A stretch of DNA of 64,000 nt from Myxococcota bacterium. Its GTDB lineage: Bacteria > Myxococcota_A > Polyangia > Nannocystales > Nannocystaceae. The position numbers and the translations under genes were made by a program. Every line of letters begins with the position of its first letter. Position 1 is the stretch's first letter. The DNA lies in assembly GCA_039194325.1 (NCBI GenBank), contig JBCCWC010000002.1, forward strand, positions 160,001-224,000, given 5' to 3'. The notes under the pieces are model-generated. The model did not search any database. It saw nothing but the letters and a program-made list of their open reading frames with translations, and was not told the DNA's origin. Positions 57,300 to 64,000 of the stretch are shown piece after piece.

Positions 57300-59105
57300 A
57301 TGAGGACCAAGGGTATTGTCACCACATTCTCGGCGCTGCTCGCCGGGACTCTCTCGACCCTGGCGATGGCGTCCGAGCCGGCGGCCGAAGGCAACGCCTC
57401 TGGTTCGGTCTCGGTGGGTACCAAGGGCGCAGCCGCCGGCGGCGAGACGGCCGGCGACGCGACGGGGGACGCCGCCCCCACATCGGAGGCCACCGAAGGG
57501 GAGGCCGGTGCTGAGGGCGCGGCCGACTCGGAGGCCGCCGAGGACGCCGAAGCCGACCGTACCCGCGATCGCGGCGATCAAGAATGGATCAAGCGCTGGG
57601 CTCCCGAGCGCAACATGGCCGAGATCGGGGTCTACGGCGGCGTGCTCGTCCCTTCACGCCGACTCGAGCTGTTCGAGCCCGATCCCGACCTCGGCTCGCT
57701 ACAGGGCTTCAAAGAGTTCAACTCGGTCGCACCGTCGTTAGGGGCCCGTCTGGGCTACTACCCGATCCGCTTCTTCGGGATCGAGGGCGAGGCGGGCGTG
57801 ATGCCCACGCGCACGTCTGACGACCTGTCGGCCACGCTGTGGGGCATGCGCCTGAGCCTGGTAGGGCAGCTGGGGCTGTGGAGCGTGACCCCCTTCGTGC
57901 TGGTCGGCGCCGGCATGCTCAACGTGTCCAGCGATCGCCCCGCGGTAGGCAACGACATCGACGCGTCGGTCCACTTCGGCGGTGGCGTCAAGTTCTTCCT
58001 CACGCGCTACACCATGCTGCGCCTCGACGTGCGCGATCACATCACCGCGGCGCGAGGGGTCGACAACGGCGTGATCCACAACGTCGAGGCCCTGCTGGGG
58101 TTCTCGGTCACCCTGGGCCGCAAGAAGGCCGAGCCGCCCAAGCCGATCCCCGACACGGACGGGGACGGGATCCTCGACCCCGATGACGAGTGCCCCACGG
58201 TCCCCGGCGTGCCCGAGTACAACGGGTGCCCGATCCCCGACACGGACGGGGACGGGATCCTCGATCCCGACGACGAGTGCCCTGAGACCCCCGGCCTCGA
58301 GGAGTTCAACGGGTGCCCCGACACGGACGGGGACGGGATCCGCGACCTCGACGACGAGTGCCCGGAGGAGCCGGGCGTGCCCGAGTACTTCGGGTGCCCG
58401 ATCCCCGACACGGACGAGGACGGCTTCCTCGATCCCGACGACAAGTGCCCCCTGCAGCCCGAGAACAAGAACGGCTACCAAGACGAGGACGGCTGCTGCG
58501 ATGTGATCCCCAAGGAGGTCAAGCGCTTCACCGGCGTGATCCGCGGGATCTACTTCCAGACCAACAAGGCCAAGATCCGAAAGAAGAGCGAGCGGGTCCT
58601 GCGGGAGGCGCTCAAGGTCTTCCGCGACTATCCCGACTTCAACGTGGAGATCATCGGCCACACCGATAGCCGGGGTCGCCGCGAGTACAACCTCGACCTG
58701 TCGGATCGGCGGGCCGCCTCGGTGCGGCAGTGGATGGTCGACCGAGAGATCGCACCCACGCGGATCATCACCCGCGGGGCCGGACCCGATGAGCCCCTCG
58801 CGCCCAACAACTCCCGGCGCGGCCGCGCCAAGAACCGGCGGATCGAGTTCAAGCTCCAGGGGATGCCGAACATCACGCCCGACACGCCGGACGACGTCTG
58901 CGAAGAGCCCTCCGAAGAGATCAAGGCCAAGGCCGACCGATGGAACCAGATCCGGCTCAAGAGGGAGGCCGCCGCGGCCGGCGGATCGGCGACGGGCACC
59001 TCGGCGACGGGCACCTCGGCGACGGGCACCTCGGACGCATCGGGCACCACGCCCGCGGACAAGGCGCCCACCAAGCCCAACACCCCGCCCGTGCGACCGA
59101 AGTAG
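57300..59105 (+). CDS. OmpA-family outer membrane protein with thrombospondin type-3 repeats
   Basis: Signal peptide, a beta-barrel region, DTDGDGILDPDDECP repeats and OmpA_C motifs (IYF, GHTD, NLDLSDRRA, NRRIEF). Confidence 0.93.
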   Translation: MRTKGIVTTFSALLAGTLSTLAMASEPAAEGNASGSVSVGTKGAAAGGETAGDATGDAAPTSEATEGEAGAEGAADSEAAEDAEADRTRDRGDQEWIKRWAPERNMAEIGVYGGVLVPSRRLELFEPDPDLGSLQGFKEFNSVAPSLGARLGYYPIRFFGIEGEAGVMPTRTSDDLSATLWGMRLSLVGQLGLWSVTPFVLVGAGMLNVSSDRPAVGNDIDASVHFGGGVKFFLTRYTMLRLDVRDHITAARGVDNGVIHNVEALLGFSVTLGRKKAEPPKPIPDTDGDGILDPDDECPTVPGVPEYNGCPIPDTDGDGILDPDDECPETPGLEEFNGCPDTDGDGIRDLDDECPEEPGVPEYFGCPIPDTDEDGFLDPDDKCPLQPENKNGYQDEDGCCDVIPKEVKRFTGVIRGIYFQTNKAKIRKKSERVLREALKVFRDYPDFNVEIIGHTDSRGRREYNLDLSDRRAASVRQWMVDREIAPTRIITRGAGPDEPLAPNNSRRGRAKNRRIEFKLQGMPNITPDTPDDVCEEPSEEIKAKADRWNQIRLKREAAAAGGSATGTSATGTSATGTSDASGTTPADKAPTKPNTPPVRPK

Positions 59106-59127
59106 GCCGCAAGGCGCGATGAACGAC

Positions 59128-59163
59128 GAGACGAGCGGGCCGGTCCCGCTCGTCTCTTCGTTT
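59128..59163. terminator. Hairpin between convergent genes
   Basis: GAGACGAGCGGG-CCGGT-CCCGCTCGTCTC followed by TTCGTTT. Confidence 0.7.
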
Positions 59164-59212
59164 CGAATGCAGGATCTAGCGCCAGGCAGCGAGCCGGCAC
59201 CAAGGCCCGCCC

Positions 59213-62167
59213 TCACCCCGGTCGAGCGCGCAGCTTGTTGGCGCTGGCGAGCACGCGCTTGCCGGCGCCGGTGGCCCCGCCCGAGTGCCCCTCAATAAGC
59301 CCCTGCGCCAGCGCAGCGCGGGCCTCACGGTTGTCGGTGCACAGCTTGAGATACGCCGCCGCGCGTCGAGCGACCGCCTCATCATCGAGATCGATCGTCT
59401 GCTCGCTCCCCCGCGGGGCCCCCCGCAGGCGGGCGAGCAAGCGGTCGACGACGAAGGGCGCGGGCATGTGGACCAGCGGGGCCGCCAGCGCGGAGCGCCG
59501 GGCGAGGTTGGGATCGGCGTCGAGCATCGAGGCGATCGGATCGAGCGCGAGCACCCCAAAGCGCAGCCAGGCATCGGCGATCACGCTGGCCGTAAAGCCT
59601 TCGAGGTAGAGCTCGGTCATCGTGGGCAGCGCCCGGCTGTCGCCCAGGTGGCCCAGGGCTCGACACGCGGTGTGGGCCATCGACTTGTCCTTGGGGCCCC
59701 GGCGGCGCACCGCGAGCAGCAGCTCCTCGAGGATCTGGGCGTCGCCGAGCATCGCGAGGCTGAGCGCGGCCTGCTCGCGGACCTTCTGCGCGCGATCGGT
59801 GCGAAACAGGGCGCGCAGCTCGGGGATCGCCTCGGTCGCTCCGAGCTCGGCCAGCGCCTCGCAGCCCAGCGCCCGACGCTCGGCCTCCTTGTCGGAGCGG
59901 GCCTGCGACAGCAGCGGACCCAGCTTGTACTCGAGGTGGTCGCGGCGCGCCTCGGCCAGGGGGCTGAGCCGAGGGCGATCCTTTTGCAGCACGAGCAGCG
60001 CGTCGTCGGCCATGTGCACCACCCGCTGCCCGAAGCGCTTGCCCGCCTTGCGATGGCGCCCCGAGTACGACTTGAGCAGCAGCTCCGCCTCGGGGCTGCC
60101 CGTGCGCCCCAGCAGGCGAAAGGCCGTGCGCAGCGCGATCATCCCCATGGGCAGCGCCAGGATCGACTCGGCCACCGCCACCGCCAGCTCGGGCCGCGGG
60201 GCGATCGCGTCGATCACATAGGGCGCGGCCGCGCCGTCGGCCAGCACCAAGTGATCGTGGCCGATCTGCTCGGGCGTCAGCGCGCGGTAGTAGCGGTGGT
60301 AGTGCACCGCCGCTTCATAGCGGGTCAGCGTGCCGGCCAGCCTCGCCGTCATCGCCTCGCTGGGCGTCCGCTGCCCCCCGGGCTCGGGGATGTAGATGCT
60401 GCCGTGGGTGGGCACCGGCACCAGGCCCTGCCGGTCCAGCGGGGCGGCCCCGGTCAGCTTGACCATCGCCACCTCGAGCACCGAAAAGAGCTTGATGAAG
60501 CCGCCCACGCGAGACGCGGGATCGGGCTGGGCGACCAATCGATCCAGTCGCTCGGCCAGCGAGCCCAGCGCTAGCGTGCGCAGGCGCTCGGTCAGCGACT
60601 CGGTGGCTCGCCGGTCGAGGCCGGTCAGCCCTCCCACCAACAGCCCCGCCAGCGCCTCACGCACCTCGCCCACGCTCACCGCCGCGTACGACAGCCCCGT
60701 TTGCCGCGCCACATCGGCCCAAGCGCGAGGCTCGGTCGCCGCATAGCCCCCGCGCGCCGCCCCCACCGCGCGAAGGGCCGGCCCGCCCGGCGCCTGCACC
60801 AGCAGCCGGGTGGGCCAAAGGGTCGGGATCGCGTGCTCCAGATCGATCTCGCCGAAGATCCCGTGCAGGGTGCAGCCCTCCAGCGCATCACCCATGCGCT
60901 GCTCCAGCCCGGGCGACGGATGAAGGTGCAAGGTGGCGCCGTCCTCGTCGAACACGAGCAGTCGGCCGCCCTTGGCCACCAACCCCGCGACCCGGACGAA
61001 CGCCGGCATGCGATCGGGCGCGAACACGTCGCGGCGGTGGGCCTGGAAGGCGGCCACCGTCGCGCCGATCGGGGTGGCGTGCGCGCGGGCGCGCTGCAGA
61101 TCGGCGGCCGTCACCGGTCGGCGGCGGTCGTGTTCTTCGAGGTGGATCCGCCACGGGGCAAAGCCGGGATAGAGCCCTCCGCGAACGCCGTCGAGCACCT
61201 TGCCCGCGTGGCTGGGCTTGGGGTCGGTGCGCTTGGCGATGTGATCGGGGAGGATCTGCAGCTCCATATAGTGCTCGCCCGACTTCAGGTCGATGAAGCG
61301 ACTGGCGCAGATCCGGTGCTTCTTGTTGTTGGTGCGCGTATCGTAGGCGTACTCGAGCAGCTCCAAGCCCTCGACCGGCTTGCGATCCTTCTTGGTCCAG
61401 GTCTTGCCAACGAGCTCGGTGATGTAGCGATCCTCCAGGGTCTTGCCGTCGCAGTGCGCCTTGATCCGGACCGCGGTCAGCAGCATGTTGGCCAGGGTGG
61501 AGGCCACGCGCACCGGGTGGGACGCGGCGTCGTCACGGCTGAGCAGGCGGGCCAGGCCCAGGGTGCGCTCTTCGAGTCGCCGCAGCTGGAGCTGAAAGAG
61601 GGTGGCGGCCAGCTCTTGCAGCTGGTCCACCCGCTGCTGGGAGGTGGCGCCCACCCCGATGACCGCCAGCTCGCGCACGAGCGTGTCGACACGCTCGGCC
61701 CCTTGTTTCTTGAGCGCGTTGCCGTCGACCTTGGGGGCGCTCGCCTTCTTCTTGCTGCGCTTTTTGGGCGCGCTGCCGTTCTTGCCGCCGTTCTTGCCGT
61801 CGTCTTTCGCAGCGCGAGCGGTCTTGGCCTCTTCCTCGGCGGGGGTCTCCGAGACGGCGAAGGCATCCGGGGTCTTGCTCCACGCGATCAGCAGGGCGGT
61901 CGCGTGCTTGCAAAAATCGCGGGTCCACGCGGCACGACAGGTGCAGTTGGCCCGGCGCCCGCGCTTGCCGAGCACCTTGCCCTGGTCGTCGAAGGTGATC
62001 GAGGTCTGGTAGCTCGCTCCCCGCGAGCCGGCCGCCTTGGCGTAGAGCTTCTTTTCGGTCTGGGCGAGGTGCTCGAGCTTGCCCTGGTCGAGGATCGTCT
62101 GGCCCTTGGCGAACTCGCTACCCGTCAGCGATCTCACTTCCGATATCGAGAGCTTGCGAACCGCCAC
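59213..62167 (-). CDS. SWIM zinc-finger + HEAT-repeat protein (YehQ-like N-terminus)
   Basis: NCTC...FCKH SWIM motif and C-terminal HEAT_PBS-like repeats (ALAELG, VREQAALSLAMLGD, ALGHLGD). GTG 62167 taken as start. Confidence 0.85.
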   Translation of the reverse strand: MAVRKLSISEVRSLTGSEFAKGQTILDQGKLEHLAQTEKKLYAKAAGSRGASYQTSITFDDQGKVLGKRGRRANCTCRAAWTRDFCKHATALLIAWSKTPDAFAVSETPAEEEAKTARAAKDDGKNGGKNGSAPKKRSKKKASAPKVDGNALKKQGAERVDTLVRELAVIGVGATSQQRVDQLQELAATLFQLQLRRLEERTLGLARLLSRDDAASHPVRVASTLANMLLTAVRIKAHCDGKTLEDRYITELVGKTWTKKDRKPVEGLELLEYAYDTRTNNKKHRICASRFIDLKSGEHYMELQILPDHIAKRTDPKPSHAGKVLDGVRGGLYPGFAPWRIHLEEHDRRRPVTAADLQRARAHATPIGATVAAFQAHRRDVFAPDRMPAFVRVAGLVAKGGRLLVFDEDGATLHLHPSPGLEQRMGDALEGCTLHGIFGEIDLEHAIPTLWPTRLLVQAPGGPALRAVGAARGGYAATEPRAWADVARQTGLSYAAVSVGEVREALAGLLVGGLTGLDRRATESLTERLRTLALGSLAERLDRLVAQPDPASRVGGFIKLFSVLEVAMVKLTGAAPLDRQGLVPVPTHGSIYIPEPGGQRTPSEAMTARLAGTLTRYEAAVHYHRYYRALTPEQIGHDHLVLADGAAAPYVIDAIAPRPELAVAVAESILALPMGMIALRTAFRLLGRTGSPEAELLLKSYSGRHRKAGKRFGQRVVHMADDALLVLQKDRPRLSPLAEARRDHLEYKLGPLLSQARSDKEAERRALGCEALAELGATEAIPELRALFRTDRAQKVREQAALSLAMLGDAQILEELLLAVRRRGPKDKSMAHTACRALGHLGDSRALPTMTELYLEGFTASVIADAWLRFGVLALDPIASMLDADPNLARRSALAAPLVHMPAPFVVDRLLARLRGAPRGSEQTIDLDDEAVARRAAAYLKLCTDNREARAALAQGLIEGHSGGATGAGKRVLASANKLRARPG

Positions 62168-62212
62168 GGCACCCTCTGACGCTGAGGGTACCTTCGCCTC
62201 GCTGAGGAGGCC

Positions 62213-62326
62213 GGTCAACCGGCAAGGTCAACCGGCAAGGTCAATCGGCAAGGTCAACCGGCAAGGTCAATCGGCAAGGTCAATCGGCAAGGTCAATCGG
62301 CAAGGTCAATCGGCAAGGTCAACCGG
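62213..62326. repeat. 13-bp VNTR GGTCAA(C/T)CGGCAA, about 8.8 copies
   Basis: Copies start at 62213, 62226, 62239, 62252, 62265, 62278, 62291, 62304 and 62317, with no spacers. Confidence 0.95.
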
Positions 62327-63131
62327 GGTGGGCGTCGAGCAGCTCGGACACGCTCGCACAGGTGGCGACGACGGCAAGCCAGCGTGCGATCGTGGCTGGA
62401 TCGGTGGTGGCCACGATGGTCTTCCGCTGGGCGTCGGTCGGGGGCAGGCCGCGGGCCACGAGCACGGCGATGATGGCCTCGGCCTTGCCTGCGGTGCGGA
62501 CGCCGTCCAGCTGCGCGGTGAGGACCCGGTTGCGCTTGGCCAGCAGGGCTCGGGCCACGGCGTCGTCGGTGGAGACGTTATGCACCAGGTCTCGGACCGG
62601 GAGCGGCATCACCAGCGTGGGGTCGTCGATGGCGGACTCGGGATCCATGGGCTCCCACTCGTCACTGTCCGCGGACCACTCGAGCCCATGCTCCTTGTTG
62701 ACGTCGATGGCGAAGACCCGCCGAACACCCCGTGCGATCAGCTCGCGAGCCTTTGCGCCCGCATGGTTGGGGGTCTCGGTGTTCATCACCTCGAACGCCA
62801 GCGCTTCGAGCTGACGACCCCCGGTCTCGGGATCGCGGGCGATCGGGTAGATGCAAGCGTCGGGAGCGAAGTCGGACTTCTCGGACGCTCGAGTGAGCAT
62901 GTCACAGGCTGCGGTGTACTCCTCGACCACATAGGCTTCGAGCAACACCAACAGCTTGGAGTGACGATTACCATGTGGTTCGTAGCATGGGGTCACCTCG
63001 ACCAATACTCCATCGATGAGCTCGTAGCCGGTATCGGCCGCGATGAGCCGATCATCCACCGCCGGGAACTTGCGCGTGGCCAGGCCGGGCCTCGAGCGCC
63101 CTACATCGAGCAATGGGTGTCGGGCGGTCAT
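62319..63131 (-). CDS. Uma2-family (PD-(D/E)XK) endonuclease-fold protein
   Basis: YELIDG, PHGNRH, FAPDACI, LAFEVM, RGVRRVFAID and a helical C-terminal tail. Confidence 0.85.
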   Translation of the reverse strand: MTARHPLLDVGRSRPGLATRKFPAVDDRLIAADTGYELIDGVLVEVTPCYEPHGNRHSKLLVLLEAYVVEEYTAACDMLTRASEKSDFAPDACIYPIARDPETGGRQLEALAFEVMNTETPNHAGAKARELIARGVRRVFAIDVNKEHGLEWSADSDEWEPMDPESAIDDPTLVMPLPVRDLVHNVSTDDAVARALLAKRNRVLTAQLDGVRTAGKAEAIIAVLVARGLPPTDAQRKTIVATTDPATIARWLAVVATCASVSELLDAHPG

Positions 63132-63164
63132 CGATCGCCAGGTTAGCACGTACACCTCGCCCGA

Positions 63165-64000
63165 TCATTGATGGCGCGAGGTGTCCAAGAACGCCTTCAG
63201 ATCGCCGCCTCCCAGCACCTTCTCCATCACCGCGACCAGCTTGTTCGGCGTGCAGCCAAAGCAGGGGATCCCCAGGTTGGTGAGCGTCTTGGCCAGGCCA
63301 TGGTCGTAGCTGGGATGTCCGGTGTCCGACAGCGCCAGCAGCACGAGCACCTTGACGCGGCTGCCCACCAGCTTTCGCATGCGGGCCACCAGCTGGCGCG
63401 CGTCGCCGCCCTCGTACAGATCGGTGATGAGGATGAACAGGGTCTTGTCGGGGCGCTCGATGAAGTGCTCTTGTCCGTAGGCCACCGCGCGGTTGATGTC
63501 GGTGCCGCCACCGAGCTGGGCGGTGAACAGCACCTCCACCGGATCGTCGAGCACCGGCGTCATGTCGACCACCTCGGTGTCGAACATCAGCAGCCGGGTT
63601 CGCAGCACGTCGAGCGACGCGAAGATCGCCGCCATCACCGAGCTGTAGACCACGCTTTGTGCCATCGAGCCGCTCTGATCCACCAACAGGGCCACGTCCC
63701 ACTCGGCGCGCCGCCGCTGGTTGGCCCAAAAATAGAACCGCTCCGGCACCAGGCGCCGCCGCTGCGCGTCCCAGCCTCGCAGGTTGCGGGCGATCGTCCG
63801 CTTCCAGTCGAGGTTGCGCATGATCTTCATCGGGCTGCTCCGGTCGCGGCGCAGGGCCCCGTGGATCGCCGTGCGCACCTCCGACTCGAGCTTCTTGCGC
63901 AGCTGCTCGACCACCTCGTGCACGATCTGGCGAGCCATGGCCTTGGCCTTGTCCGGCACCATCCCCTTGGCGCTGACCAGCGTGGCCACCAGCTCTACGT
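63165..64000 (-). CDS. vWA-domain protein (YehP/CoxE-like), 5' end outside the window
   Basis: LDWKRTI, LLVDQSGSM, FDTEVVD, GGGTDI and LITDLYEG. Confidence 0.92.
   Translation of the reverse strand, partial: VELVATLVSAKGMVPDKAKAMARQIVHEVVEQLRKKLESEVRTAIHGALRRDRSSPMKIMRNLDWKRTIARNLRGWDAQRRRLVPERFYFWANQRRRAEWDVALLVDQSGSMAQSVVYSSVMAAIFASLDVLRTRLLMFDTEVVDMTPVLDDPVEVLFTAQLGGGTDINRAVAYGQEHFIERPDKTLFILITDLYEGGDARQLVARMRKLVGSRVKVLVLLALSDTGHPSYDHGLAKTLTNLGIPCFGCTPNKLVAVMEKVLGGGDLKAFLDTSRHQ

Noticed and set aside
62213..62326. Possible CRISPR array
   Set aside because: The 13-bp units are contiguous with no unique spacers, and no cas genes are present. It is a VNTR.

Overview
High-GC bacterial chromosomal segment, most likely from a myxobacterium (Myxococcota, probably Nannocystaceae-like). 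This is inferred from a MYXO-CTERM tail, myxobacterial disulfide repeats and many vWA or Cys-rich lipoproteins. Housekeeping content includes a class II DAHP synthase, a GST, an acyl-CoA dehydrogenase-fold protein, clpS-clpA, a fused sugar ABC transporter and an OmpA-family protein. An AT-richer decaying island at about 13.2-17.6 kb holds two pseudogenes, an orphan membrane protein and an IS1380 remnant. The main candidate for an undescribed system is a fragmented cluster at about 19.8-36.8 kb. It encodes a PTPS-IV-type COG0720 enzyme, a RibD-type reductase, an MDR dehydrogenase, a GT4, a methyltransferase, a CDP-alcohol phosphotransferase, a flippase-like protein, a sulfatase/LTA-synthase-fold membrane enzyme, a GT-C-like protein and an FHA-Wzz fusion. 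Together these look like a pathway that makes a GTP-derived head group, links it to lipid and moves it to the cell surface. Also notable are a probable sigma54-driven non-coding RNA at about 55.0-55.2 kb, and two modules pairing a small secreted Cys-containing protein with a membrane-anchored partner. No rRNA, tRNA or CRISPR array was seen. All family calls come from motif recognition by eye; no database searches were run.
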